Source: Myxococcota bacterium (GTDB lineage Bacteria > Myxococcota_A > UBA9160 > UBA6930). Taken from it: a stretch of 64,000 bases of DNA. Made by a program: the position numbers and the translations under genes. The stretch's first letter is position 1; each line of letters starts with the position of its first letter. The notes beneath the pieces were generated by a model. The model was given only the letters and a program-made list of their open reading frames with translations, was not told where the DNA came from and searched no databases. Positions 1 through 9,060 of this stretch are shown one piece after another. The stretch lies in NCBI GenBank assembly GCA_036560185.1, contig DATBRS010000247.1:6049-70048 (forward strand), read 5' to 3'.

Positions 1-314
1 GGCTTCCAGTGCGCGCGCATCTCCGTCGAGTCGGGCTCGAATACCGCATCGGCCACGTCGAGGCCGACCACGTGATGGATCGACGCTCCGAAGCTCACGC
101 GCAGCGCCTTGCCGGCCGTCGCGCGCTGCACGAGGCGCGCGGGCGTCGACATGCGATAGCCGCTCGGCAGCGTACGATCGTCGAGCTTGAGCACGAAGTT
201 GCTGCCGCGGCCATCGTGCGGCGTGACCGCACAGGTGATGTGGAAGCGACCGTGGCGATCCGTCGTCGCGATGAGCCCGCGCGCCGTCACGACCCGCACG
301 CCCGGCAGACCGCG
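1..314 (-). other. In-frame continuation of the surface-protein reading frame downstream of a TAG codon (partial, runs off the window edge)
   Basis: I translated the minus strand by hand in the same frame as 315..4688. It gives RGLPGVRVVTARGLIATTDRHGRFHITCAVTPHDGRGSNFVLKLDDRTLPSGYRMSTPARLVQRATAGKALRVSFGASIHHVVGLDVADAVFEPDSTEMRAHWK with no stop down to position 3. This looks like the SdrD-B/carboxypeptidase-regulatory-like module found near the C-terminus of DUF11/OmpA-type surface proteins. Confidence 0.5.
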
Positions 315-3300
315 CTAGCCGCGGGCTTGGACACCGTCGCGATCGGCGTCGTCGAACACCTTCCCTAACACGTCGGTGCAGTCGAAGGTGGGATCTGGAA
401 CGACGCGTACGCGCGCGGTCGCCTCGGGCGAGAGCACGAGGCCGGTCAGGCCGCTGAGCGCCTGCGCGCGATTCACGAACTCGCCCTCGCTGACCCCCGC
501 ACCGACCGCGAGCAGCAGCGCGAGCGTGCGCTGCGTTGCGCTGCCGATGCCGACGTTCGCCCAGAGCAGCTCGCGACCGTTGCGCGTCGGCTCGCTGGGC
601 ACGCCGTCGAGGCGCGCCGAGCCCTCGACATACTGGAAGCCGGCGGGGAAGCGGTCTGCGAGGCTCAGGTCCGGGATCGGCGCCCCCAGCTGGTTCGCGA
701 CCACGATCTCGTAGGGCACCAGCTGGCCGCGGCTGACGTTCACGGAGGGCGTCGACTTGGTGAGGGTCACGGCGCCAGTCAGAACCGGATCGAGCGGGAG
801 ATGGTTGTTGAAGATCTGGCTCGAGCCGGGAGCGTTGGTGTCGTCGAGCACGAGGTGCACCGAATAATTCGTGCCGGCGCTGCGCGCAGGCACGGACTGC
901 GGCGGCGCGAGCTCCGACGGCTGAGACTCGCAGTGCTGCGCCGTCGCCAGCACCGCGTCAGCTGGCGAGCCCGGGCACATCGGCACCGAGAGCGGCGCCG
1001 CCGGCGTCGAGATCGGCGGAATGATCAGGGAGTAGCCGGCGCTGAAGCCGCCCGACGCGGCGACGGCGATCACGTAGCTGCCGCCGCTCGGGCACGCCGT
1101 GTCGGAGAAGTTCAAGTCGAACTTGTAGAAGCCTTCGCCCAGCGTGACTTGGCCCTGCTGCGCGGCGTCGTCGAAGCACGCGGCCGGCAGTGGCGCACCC
1201 GCGCCGGCGTTCATGAGCGTGAGCGTCGCGCCTGCGATCGGGGCGCGGAGCAGCGCGTCGTAGGCGACGCCATTCGGCGTGATCGGAAGGTTCAGGCCCT
1301 GCAGGTTCGCCCCTGACATCACGACGATGTCGGAGATCTGCTGCGGGCCGTTCGTGTAGACGGAGTCGGCCGTGCCGAGCGACGCCGTCGCCGCGCCCGC
1401 CCCGGGCGCGCGGAAGCGCAACATGTACCGGTCGGCGGTCGCGGCGTTCGGAGCGACGCCCGCGATCCGGTACGTGCCGCTCGCGTCGGTGAGGACGCTC
1501 TGCACGGGCAGTCCGTTGCGCGTGAGCTCGACGCTCCAGCCTTGGAGCGGGCGCTCGCTCGCGTCCTGCACTGCGTCAAAGTTCGCGTCGTGCCACGCGG
1601 CGCCGGCGAGGACGCCGACGCCCGGCATCCCGCCAACGTCGATGCTGACGCTCGCGCTCGCCGTTTGCGTCGTGTTCCAAGTGACGACGCCGACGTTCGT
1701 GACGCGCGTACCCATCGCGAGGCCCGCGCCGAGCGTCGCGCGGAAGCGCAGCACGACCGACGCGCCCGGCGCGAGCGGTCCGTACGAAGTGGAGTAGTCG
1801 GCCGTGAGGACCGAACCAGCGAAGCTGACGCCAGTCAGCGCTCCGTTCAGCGTCGCGGAACCCGCGAGATACGCGAGGCTGCCCGGCGTGGCTCCGGCGA
1901 GATCGTCGGTGATGACGACGCCGTAGGCCGGCACGGCCGCGATGTTCCGGACCTGCACGAGGTATTCGAGCTGCGAGCCGGCGAGCGCAGGCCCGCCTCC
2001 CACCACCGCGACCCACTTCGCGATCGTGAGCTGCTGTCCGGCGCCCACGACGACCACGGTCGGCTCGGGGCCCGTCGCCGGATTGCCGTCACCATCGGTC
2101 GGGAGCCCCGGCAGCTCGTTCGTCGTGACGAGCGCCTGATTGGTGATCAGCGTGCCCGCCTGCACGCCGGCGTTTACTTGAAGGTCGAACTCGAGCAGCG
2201 CGCTCTGCCCCGGGCTGATCGTGCCCTGCCCCGCGCCAGGCAGCGGCGGCGTGAGATCCGCCGAGCTGATCGGGATGCCCGACACGAGCGGCGCGACGCC
2301 TCCGTCGGGCCGGCCCACGGCAAGCCCGTTCAAGGTGGTCGAGTCCGCGACATAGGTCGTGCTCGCTGGCACCTGGTCGGTCAGCACCGCGCCCGTCGCG
2401 GGCACGGCGCCCGTGTTCTGCACTTCGATCGTGTAGTGCAGGACGTCTCCCGGATCGACGATGCCCGGCGTGCCGGCGTCGACTTTCAGCGCGGCGCGCT
2501 TGGGAGCGAAAAGGAGCGGCACGCTGCCGACCACATCGCGCGTTGGGTCGTCGGGAATTGCGGTACGCGGGTCGTCCGAGGGCGCGTCGGACACGCCGCC
2601 TTGGAGCGCGCTCACGAACGCCTGATTGGAGATGATCGTGCCATTCACCGCGGCGGCATCGACTACGACGTCGAAGCTCAGCGTCGCGACGTTCGCCGTG
2701 GACGCCGACGCGTCAGCGGGCATTGCGCCTGGGGTCGGATCCTGAGGCGAGTGGAGCGGGATGCCCTGACTGAGGGGCGCGGCGCCGCCCGCTGCGTCCG
2801 GCACGGCGGCGCCGTTCAGCGTGGTGCTGCCGGGCACGTACTGCGCGCTCGCTGGAATCGCATCGCGCAGCGCTGCGTCGATCGCGTCGGCGCTGCCGAC
2901 GTTCTTCACGGTGATCGTGTACCGGAGCGTCTCGCCCGCGAGCAGCGGGGCTCCGTTCAGGTCGGCGGAGATCTTCTCCACGCGGAAGCGCGGCGCGGAC
3001 TGGATCAGCACTCGCGTTGGGTCTTCGTCGCCCGCGACGAAGGGATCAGCGGCGCCGTTCACGTTCGGGTCGTCGCTGCTCGCGAAGGGCGCGCCGCCCG
3101 ACTCGAGCTGCGACTGGTTGGTCGCGTAGCGTCCGTTGACGATGACCGGAGCCAGTACGACCTCGAACTCGACGACCGCGACCGCTCCCGGGGCCAAGCT
3201 CAGGTTGCGAACGTCGACCACGCCCGTGCCCGCGGCACCGCCCGTCGGCATCGTGTTGCTGGCGTCGGCACCGGCCGGCAGCGTCACGACCGTCAGCGTG

Positions 3301-4688
3301 CCCGGCGCGAACACGGGCGGAGCGTTCAGGCGGTCGAGCTCGTCCCGGAGCACGAGATCGTCGAGCGGCGCCGCGCCAGTGTTCTGGATTCGCAGCTGGT
3401 AGCGCAGCCGGTCGCCCGGAGCGGCCTGCGTTGCGGGGCTCATCCCCGTCGTGACGTTGCGGACCGTCTTCTCGAAGAGATAGCTCTGCAAGTCCACGGT
3501 GATGGCGTGGGCGTCCTCGTGGTCGAGCACGCCGGGCGTGCCGTTGGTCAGCGTTCGCGTGTAGGCGACACGGGCGGGGTTGCTGATCTCGTCGTCGAAC
3601 CACTCGGTCGCTCCGGCGACGTTGGTCAGCACCGCGCCATCCTGACTGTTCGCGTCGAGCCGGGACTGATAAGTGACGATCAAGCGCTCGTCCGTGTCGA
3701 TCGCGCCCGCGGGCGTGAGCATCGCGAGGCTGAGCTCGCAGCTCGGCGCGCCGGCCCAGGAGAGCGTGAAGTCGCTGCCCGCGACCAGCGGGCCCTTGCC
3801 GGGGACGGGCGTGACGCCGTCGGCCGCGAAGACTCGCGCGCTCAGCACCTGCGGCGGGGTATCGCACATGCCGCCCGTCGGGCCGCTCGGCAACACATCC
3901 CGGAGGGTCGTATTCCAGGCGTCATTGGGTCCGCTGTTCCGGACGTCGATGCTGAAGAGGCCCGACTGTCCGACGGTGAGCGTCGCTGGGCCCGACTTCG
4001 TGACCTCCAGAACCGGCGGCACCAACGTGAACTGCCCGTCCAGGTTCGCGGTGTTGACCAGGCCTCCCTCGAGCGTGATGAACTCGGTCACCGGATTTCC
4101 GGCGGCGTCGAGGAAGCTCATCGACAACGTGTAGGTCTTCCCGCCGACGGTGAACGTCGTGGGAGCGGGTGAGTCGACGAACGTCACCCGGTCGGTGCAG
4201 CCTTGACCGGGCGGCGTCGGATAGGGACAGGGCGTCTGGTTGTTAGGGGTCTCTTCGTGCGTGAACGTGAAGGTGAAGGTCAGCGGACCGGTCTGAACGC
4301 CGTTCACCAGGAAGTCGAGCACGATGTCGAGCTGGACCGATGTCAGAGACGGAGGGGAAACCGGGAAGTTCCGGTGCGCGAAGGTCGCGACCGGGAACGT
4401 CTGGGGGTTCACGATCGAGATCGTGACGTCGTAGCCGCTCTGCGGACCGGAGGTCGTACCCCAGTTGATGCTCGAGGTCGGGGCCCCGTTCGTGATGACG
4501 GGATCGCCGGGTTGACTCCCGGGGGTGTCGTCGGTCGGGCTGTGCCAGTTTGCGGCCGCGGACGTGAACGTGATCTGAGCTTGGGCCGCCGCGCGCGACG
4601 CGGGCAGAAGCGACGCGGCTAGGCCGATCAGCAACGCGCCGAGCGCGTTGCGCACCGCAGTGCGTCTGTTCCGGGGCCCTCGGTCCAT
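315..4688 (-). CDS. Large secreted DUF11-repeat surface/adhesin-like protein (1457 aa as called; frame interrupted by TAG at 315-317)
   Basis: The ORF is 315..4742. The best start is ATG at 4688, with a GAGGAAG Shine-Dalgarno (SD) just upstream, giving the signal peptide MDRGPRNRRTAVRNALGALLIGLAASLLPASRAAAQA. It contains repeated DUF11-type modules (YVPGSTTLNGAAVPDAAGGAAPLSQGIPL / YVADSTTLNGLAVGRPDGGVAPLVSGIPI / YLAGSATLNGAL; LTKSTPSVNVSRGQLVPYEIVVAN). Composition is Thr/Gly/Ala/Val-rich, typical of beta-sandwich surface proteins. Confidence 0.8.
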   Translation of the reverse strand: MDRGPRNRRTAVRNALGALLIGLAASLLPASRAAAQAQITFTSAAANWHSPTDDTPGSQPGDPVITNGAPTSSINWGTTSGPQSGYDVTISIVNPQTFPVATFAHRNFPVSPPSLTSVQLDIVLDFLVNGVQTGPLTFTFTFTHEETPNNQTPCPYPTPPGQGCTDRVTFVDSPAPTTFTVGGKTYTLSMSFLDAAGNPVTEFITLEGGLVNTANLDGQFTLVPPVLEVTKSGPATLTVGQSGLFSIDVRNSGPNDAWNTTLRDVLPSGPTGGMCDTPPQVLSARVFAADGVTPVPGKGPLVAGSDFTLSWAGAPSCELSLAMLTPAGAIDTDERLIVTYQSRLDANSQDGAVLTNVAGATEWFDDEISNPARVAYTRTLTNGTPGVLDHEDAHAITVDLQSYLFEKTVRNVTTGMSPATQAAPGDRLRYQLRIQNTGAAPLDDLVLRDELDRLNAPPVFAPGTLTVVTLPAGADASNTMPTGGAAGTGVVDVRNLSLAPGAVAVVEFEVVLAPVIVNGRYATNQSQLESGGAPFASSDDPNVNGAADPFVAGDEDPTRVLIQSAPRFRVEKISADLNGAPLLAGETLRYTITVKNVGSADAIDAALRDAIPASAQYVPGSTTLNGAAVPDAAGGAAPLSQGIPLHSPQDPTPGAMPADASASTANVATLSFDVVVDAAAVNGTIISNQAFVSALQGGVSDAPSDDPRTAIPDDPTRDVVGSVPLLFAPKRAALKVDAGTPGIVDPGDVLHYTIEVQNTGAVPATGAVLTDQVPASTTYVADSTTLNGLAVGRPDGGVAPLVSGIPISSADLTPPLPGAGQGTISPGQSALLEFDLQVNAGVQAGTLITNQALVTTNELPGLPTDGDGNPATGPEPTVVVVGAGQQLTIAKWVAVVGGGPALAGSQLEYLVQVRNIAAVPAYGVVITDDLAGATPGSLAYLAGSATLNGALTGVSFAGSVLTADYSTSYGPLAPGASVVLRFRATLGAGLAMGTRVTNVGVVTWNTTQTASASVSIDVGGMPGVGVLAGAAWHDANFDAVQDASERPLQGWSVELTRNGLPVQSVLTDASGTYRIAGVAPNAATADRYMLRFRAPGAGAATASLGTADSVYTNGPQQISDIVVMSGANLQGLNLPITPNGVAYDALLRAPIAGATLTLMNAGAGAPLPAACFDDAAQQGQVTLGEGFYKFDLNFSDTACPSGGSYVIAVAASGGFSAGYSLIIPPISTPAAPLSVPMCPGSPADAVLATAQHCESQPSELAPPQSVPARSAGTNYSVHLVLDDTNAPGSSQIFNNHLPLDPVLTGAVTLTKSTPSVNVSRGQLVPYEIVVANQLGAPIPDLSLADRFPAGFQYVEGSARLDGVPSEPTRNGRELLWANVGIGSATQRTLALLLAVGAGVSEGEFVNRAQALSGLTGLVLSPEATARVRVVPDPTFDCTDVLGKVFDDADRDGVQARG

Positions 4689-4922
4689 TCTTCCTCGTGT
4701 CCACCGACTTGGGCGAACGCATGGCCAGAAAGGAAGAGGCAACCGACGGTTCGGTCCGATTCTGGCGGTCCCGCTGTCCTGGAGCGCGCTGGCTCGTTAG
4801 ACCGGAGACTTTGCGTCGCCACCTTTCGGTGGGTTTGCCTTTGTCTGAATCGCGTTGAGCTCTGGGCTCAATGTCTCAGACGTTTGTTCGTGTCGTTCTC
4901 CTCGTTCGAGTTCACCCTCCGC

Positions 4923-6314
4923 TCAGGTCGCCGGCAGGAATTCGATCGGATAGAGAATCGTGACGGCCGCGATTCCTTCCTTCGCGCCGAAGTCGAAGGC
5001 GCGCACGCGCTCGACGACCTGCGCGGCGAGCCGAGGGGCGTCCATGTCGGTCGCCTGCAGCGCACATCGCGAGACGCTGCCGTCGGGCTCGATCGTCATG
5101 CGCAGCACGATCTGGCCTTGCAGCGTCGGGTCGCTGCGCAGCTCGCGGTTGTAGAGCCGGTAGAGCTCCGCCTTGTGACGGTCGAAGACGATCTGGATCT
5201 CTTCGTCGGTGCGACCGAGCGGCGGGCCGCCTCGGCCCGTAGCGTTCTCGCCCGCTGCCCCACCTCCGCCGCCGCTGCCCGCGATCGCGCTCGTCACGCG
5301 TGCGACCTGGACGCCCTGCATGCCACGGCCGCCCGCGCTACCGCCGCGGCTCAGCGACGCGAGGTTGATTCCGCCACTCGAGCCAGGTGCGCTCGTGGTG
5401 ATCATCGAGCGCGTCGGTGGGCCGCTCGGAGAATCGCCGCTGCTGCTGATGCGCGCCGAGAGCCCGAAGCGCGCATCGGAGCGCAGCGCAGCGACGCCGC
5501 TCAGTCGCTCGCGGAATGCCAGCAGGCCCTTCGGTCCGGACTGCGAGCCCTCTGTGGTCCCCTTCCCGGGGTCCGGCTCCGGACGTCGCTCGGGCGGTGG
5601 CTGCTTGGACTCCGCCTTCGCGAGCGCCTGTGGCAGTCGCTGCGGCTCGGGCTCCGCGACGCGCGGCTCGCTGGGCAAAGGCCGAGGCGTCTCGATCAAG
5701 CGGGTCAGTCGCCTCGGCTGCTCGCGCTCCAGCGGGAGCTCCGGCAACGGGAGATCCACCCCGTGCGCCACGAGCGCGAACGCGACGCTCGCTGCGAGCG
5801 CGGCAGCGAGGCTGCGACGGAAGCGCGAGTCCTCCTCAGCGCCGCGGCTCCAGGGCAGCAGCGTCGAGCGAGCCGGAACTTCGCTGATCTCTCGCTCCAC
5901 GATCCACTCGTGCTCGCGCTCCTGCGCGAGCCGCTCGAGCTCGAGGACGTCACCTGACAGGAGCGCCATGCCCTCGTCCTGGAGCAGCACTTGCTCGAGC
6001 AGCTCCTGACGCTTCTCCTCGATCTCGGCGAAGTACTTTTCGAACGCATCAGCGCGCGCGCGCGCGCCGCGCAGCTGCTCTTCATCGCCCGCGACGCGAT
6101 CGCCCCAGAACAGGCGCGCAGCGCCCTGCGCGCTGAGCTCCTCGAGCGCATCGCAGGCGCGGCCCAACAACTGGTGTTGCTTGCGCTCGGTGCACAGGCT
6201 CGCCAGCTCGTCGTCCGCCGCGCGCAGATCGCGCACGAGTCCGTCCAGCTTCGACCGCGCTCGGTCGAGCTGCTCGCGGAGCGCTCGTTCGTCCTGAGGA
6301 GCGATGGGGTCCAC
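4923..6314 (-). CDS. AgmX/PglI C-terminal-domain (TonB-C-like) protein with coiled-coil N-terminus and Pro/Gly-rich spacer
   Basis: 463-aa ORF. It has an N-terminal coiled coil, one hydrophobic segment (LAAALAASVAFALVAHGV), a Pro/Glu-rich linker and a Gly/Ser-rich stretch. The C-terminal ~90 aa (EEIQIVFDRHKAELYRLYNRELRSDPTLQGQIVLRMTIEPDGSV...AVTILYPIEF) resemble the AgmX/PglI TonB-C-like tail. It is the last gene of the ExbB/ExbD operon. Confidence 0.7.
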   Translation of the reverse strand: MDPIAPQDERALREQLDRARSKLDGLVRDLRAADDELASLCTERKQHQLLGRACDALEELSAQGAARLFWGDRVAGDEEQLRGARARADAFEKYFAEIEEKRQELLEQVLLQDEGMALLSGDVLELERLAQEREHEWIVEREISEVPARSTLLPWSRGAEEDSRFRRSLAAALAASVAFALVAHGVDLPLPELPLEREQPRRLTRLIETPRPLPSEPRVAEPEPQRLPQALAKAESKQPPPERRPEPDPGKGTTEGSQSGPKGLLAFRERLSGVAALRSDARFGLSARISSSGDSPSGPPTRSMITTSAPGSSGGINLASLSRGGSAGGRGMQGVQVARVTSAIAGSGGGGGAAGENATGRGGPPLGRTDEEIQIVFDRHKAELYRLYNRELRSDPTLQGQIVLRMTIEPDGSVSRCALQATDMDAPRLAAQVVERVRAFDFGAKEGIAAVTILYPIEFLPAT

Positions 6315-6321
6315 GCGCCAC

Positions 6322-6822
6322 CTAGATCTGGGAGGACTCTTTCTCGATCACCGCCAGCGAGATGTGCCCATAGCCTTCGCGGGTGCAGGTCGACATCACC
6401 CGCTTCACGACCTCGTACGGAAGGGATTTGTCCGCGATCAGCGTGATCTCGCGGTCGGCCAGCGCCTCGGGCGTCGTCTCCGATTCGAGGAGTGGTCGGG
6501 TCAGCACTGCGCTGAGCGGCTCGATCAACGGATCTTTCGCCGCGCGAATCTCACTCACGCTCGCAACCCGCTCGCCCTGCACGAACAGCTCGTCCCGGGT
6601 GAGCATCACCACGACCGACTGCTTCGCCTCCTCGGGCGCGACCGACTGGGGCACCTGGACACCCTTGCCGTTCTGCACCACCTCGACGTCTGCGGAGTAC
6701 ACGAGCAGGAACGCGACCATTACCGACATGATGTCGATCATGGGGATCAGATTGAGCTCGACTTCCTCGGAGCGTCGCAGGTGGTGCTGCGCCATCCGGT
6801 GGACCCGATTCGACTGGCTCAT
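6322..6822 (-). CDS. ExbD/TolR-family biopolymer transport protein
   Basis: Contains the ExbD signature NLIPMIDIMSVMVAFLL. Internal ATG at 6822 (MSQSNRVH...) is preceded by an AGGGA SD. The longer ORF start at 6876 would overlap the upstream gene. Confidence 0.8.
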   Translation of the reverse strand: MSQSNRVHRMAQHHLRRSEEVELNLIPMIDIMSVMVAFLLVYSADVEVVQNGKGVQVPQSVAPEEAKQSVVVMLTRDELFVQGERVASVSEIRAAKDPLIEPLSAVLTRPLLESETTPEALADREITLIADKSLPYEVVKRVMSTCTREGYGHISLAVIEKESSQI

Positions 6823-6853
6823 GGGTTCCCTCGCCTTCGGCACGCCGGTGCGC

Positions 6854-7381
6854 TCAGGGCGCGTCGCCGACCGCAATCTCCGTGAACAGCGCGATGCGCT
6901 CCGGCTTCAAGCGCACGGCCGTCCGCGTCTCGTCGCGAGCGACTTCCGCGCCCGTGCGCTCCACCGGCAGCTCCGCGCTGCGAACCGCGTCCATCACTTG
7001 GATCAAGTCGTCATAGGCCGTGTCCGGTTCGAGCAGCACCGACGCGTACATCGCATCCGGGTGGTCGCTCTTCAGGGACAAGGCGAGCTCGGAGAGCGTC
7101 GCGAGGTCGTGCGCTCCGTTCCGCTTCGGAATCGCGGCGATCAGCTGGGCGCCGTTCGCCAGCTCGATGCCCTCTCTCCGAACGATCACCTCGAGGCGGA
7201 ACTCGGGCTCCGAGAACCCGCCGCTCGCGGAGCTCGGCAGGTCGAGCTCGAGGATCGCGATGCGCGAGAACACGGCGGTCATCAACAAGAACGTCACCAG
7301 CACGGTGAAGATGTCGATCATCGGGACGAGCAAGAGCTCGACCGGCTTGCGCGGGCGACGACGCGAGAAGCGACGGGCCAC
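6854..7381 (-). CDS. ExbD/TolR-family biopolymer transport protein (second copy)
   Basis: Contains LLLVPMIDIFTVLVTFLLMTAVF, the ExbD TM helix motif. I chose the GTG at 7379-7381 (VARRFSRRRPRKP...), 5 nt after the ExbB stop. The 328-aa ORF in the track extends into the exbB-like gene and is not credible. Confidence 0.7.
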   Translation of the reverse strand: MARRFSRRRPRKPVELLLVPMIDIFTVLVTFLLMTAVFSRIAILELDLPSSASGGFSEPEFRLEVIVRREGIELANGAQLIAAIPKRNGAHDLATLSELALSLKSDHPDAMYASVLLEPDTAYDDLIQVMDAVRSAELPVERTGAEVARDETRTAVRLKPERIALFTEIAVGDAP

Positions 7382-7386
7382 GGGCC

Positions 7387-8067
7387 CTACCCCTGCGCAG
7401 CTTGAGCGAACGCGCGCCGGCTCCGCGCCTGCTCGGCCTGCCGATCCGTGAGCACGTTCAGGAACTTGACGAAGGCCATCTCGAGGCTGGCGATCAGCTC
7501 CGACGTCTTCGTCTGCAGGAAGGCGTGGGCCAGCACGATCGGCACGGCAGTCATTAGGCCGAACGCCGTGCAGTTCATGGCCTCGGAGATGCTCGCCGAC
7601 AGCAGGTTCGCCTTGTCCGCCGGGTTCACCGTCGCCACGGCGCCGAATGCGTGGATCAGGCCGCTCACGGTGCCCAGCAGGCCGAGCAGCGTCGCGAGGT
7701 TCGCGAAGGTCGCGAGGTAGTGCGTGCGCCGCTCGAGGCGCGGCGTGATCTCGATCATGCTCTCGTCCATCGCGATCTCGATGTCCTCGCGACGACGCAC
7801 GGCGCCCTCGCGCGCGAGGCCCATGCTGAGCAGCTGGCACATCGCCGAGTCGCTGCGCCCGGCGATCTCGCGCGCCTTCTCGAAGTCACCGACGGCCAGC
7901 GCTGGCTGGAGGTCTCGCCACACGCTCTGATTCGCGAGCTTGGCTCGCGTGAGCGTCACGTATCGCTCGATGGCGATCGCGGTGCCCACCGCGGCGACCA
8001 TCAGGATCGGATACATGAAGGCGCCGCCCGCCTCGAAGAACCTCACCACGACGTATACGAGCTCCAT
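7387..8067 (-). CDS. MotA/TolQ/ExbB proton-channel family protein
   Basis: 226 aa with three predicted TM segments. It carries the signature YLATFANLATLLGLLGTVSGLIHAF and the C-terminal TM NCTAFGLMTAVPIVLAHAFL. Confidence 0.85.
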   Translation of the reverse strand: MELVYVVVRFFEAGGAFMYPILMVAAVGTAIAIERYVTLTRAKLANQSVWRDLQPALAVGDFEKAREIAGRSDSAMCQLLSMGLAREGAVRRREDIEIAMDESMIEITPRLERRTHYLATFANLATLLGLLGTVSGLIHAFGAVATVNPADKANLLSASISEAMNCTAFGLMTAVPIVLAHAFLQTKTSELIASLEMAFVKFLNVLTDRQAEQARSRRAFAQAAQG

Positions 8068-8106
8068 TGCGGAGTCCTCCCTGAAAGCTCGCGTCCGCTG
8101 CGCGCG

Positions 8107-8415
8107 CTATGGAGCGCTGCGCTCGCTTCCGCCGTCCGACGCCGCGCGGATCCGGTAGTAGGCCAGTTCCCGCAGGAACACGTCCCGATCGACGGGTTGC
8201 AATCCGTCATCGAGCGATCGCGGGACGGAGAGCGTGTCGCCGAGCACGGAACTCTTCCAAGGTACGATCACCAACGCCTTCGGTGCGTCGTCGTTGCCGA
8301 GAACCGACATGCCCGACATCTCCTTCTCCGACGGTGCGGGCTTGTCCTCGGCCGTTGCCGCGGAGGCCGCGAGCATCAGGGCGGTGATCCAGAACACGAA
8401 TACTCTGGGCATCAT
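8107..8415 (-). CDS. Small secreted protein of unknown function (102 aa)
   Basis: Signal peptide MMPRVFVFWITALMLAASAATAED. The start directly abuts the stop of the upstream TPR gene (GGAAGGGAG TGA ATG). Its position inside the operon supports it being real. Confidence 0.55.
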   Translation of the reverse strand: MMPRVFVFWITALMLAASAATAEDKPAPSEKEMSGMSVLGNDDAPKALVIVPWKSSVLGDTLSVPRSLDDGLQPVDRDVFLRELAYYRIRAASDGGSERSAP

Positions 8416-9060
8416 TCACTCCCTTCCTTCACGCGCGCGCAGGGCCGCGAGCCACTTCGTGGCCTCGGCGTCGTGAGGCGCGAGCTCCGCGTAACGCTCG
8501 TAGTTCTCGAGCGCGCAGCTGCGATCGGCGAGATAGAGGTCGCAGAGAATCGCGAGATTGCGCCGCGCGAAGTGGAAGGTCGGGTAGCGCGCGAGCGCGA
8601 GCTCGTAGCTCCTGCGCGCGTCCGCGAAGCGCCCCGTCTTGCGCTGGATGATGCCGAGCTCGTTCAGCGCGACGGGATGCTGCGGGCTCGCCTCGAGAGC
8701 GCGCGTGAGGCTCGCCTCCGCCCGCGAGAGATCGCCGGTGCGCTCGTAGGCGATCGCGAGGTCGACGTGCGGCGCCGCCGCCTTGGGCGCCGCCTCGGTC
8801 ACGCGCTCGAGCAGCGGGATCGCCTCGCTCCAGCGCTCGGCGCCGAGCAGCTCCACGGCGCGCTCGAACTCACCGCGCACGCCGCCCTTGACGCGCAGCG
8901 ACTGCGCGACGACGAACCCGTTCGGGTCGTGCGCCGCCGCGCCCGCCCTTCCGCTCGACGGCTTCGCGACGCCGGAATCTGCGGCGAGCAGTGCGGCGGC
9001 GAGCGCGAGCGCCGCGCGCGCGAGCCGACGGCGGCGACGCCACTCAGAGTGTCGGCGCAT
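8416..9060 (-). CDS. Secreted tetratricopeptide-repeat protein (~214 aa)
   Basis: TPR-like helical repeats ([81 protein letters not shown]). ATG at 9060 has a GGAGG SD and gives the signal peptide [30 protein letters not shown]. The ORF-track start at 9138 would overlap the upstream gene by 95 nt. Confidence 0.7.
   Translation of the reverse strand: MRRHSEWRRRRRLARAALALAAALLAADSGVAKPSSGRAGAAAHDPNGFVVAQSLRVKGGVRGEFERAVELLGAERWSEAIPLLERVTEAAPKAAAPHVDLAIAYERTGDLSRAEASLTRALEASPQHPVALNELGIIQRKTGRFADARRSYELALARYPTFHFARRNLAILCDLYLADRSCALENYERYAELAPHDAEATKWLAALRAREGRE

Noticed and set aside
315-317. The TAG inside the DUF11 gene as a recoded codon (pyrrolysine or programmed readthrough).
   Set aside because: No pyl genes or any other recoding signal are visible in the window. 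The codon sits where a Glu (GAG) is expected, so a one-base substitution or a base-call error is far more economical.
1542-4172. Very long ORFs antisense to, or out of frame with, real genes. Examples are 1542..4172 (+, 876 aa), 16422..19472 upstream part (+), 21647..24412 (-, 921 aa), 45666..48380 (-, 904 aa), 49766..52924 (+, 1052 aa), 49851..52139 (-, 762 aa), 34523..36493 (-, 656 aa) and 37724..39553 (-, 609 aa).
   Set aside because: Their translations are monotonous Arg/Ala/Gly/Pro/Asp-rich strings with no recognisable motifs. Each overlaps a gene on the other strand or frame that has clear family signatures, a good start context and sensible composition. Stop-free antisense frames are expected at about 70% GC.
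6854-7840. The 328-aa version of the second ExbD ORF, the 240-aa version of the small TPR ORF (to 9138), the 265-aa version of the first operon gene (to 14889), the 767-aa sulfatase ORF (to 18911) and the 846-aa TBDR ORF (to 58960).
   Set aside because: The N-terminal extensions overlap neighbouring genes or consist of Arg/Pro-rich junk. Internal ATG/GTG codons with Shine-Dalgarno sequences give proper signal peptides or family-typical N-termini.
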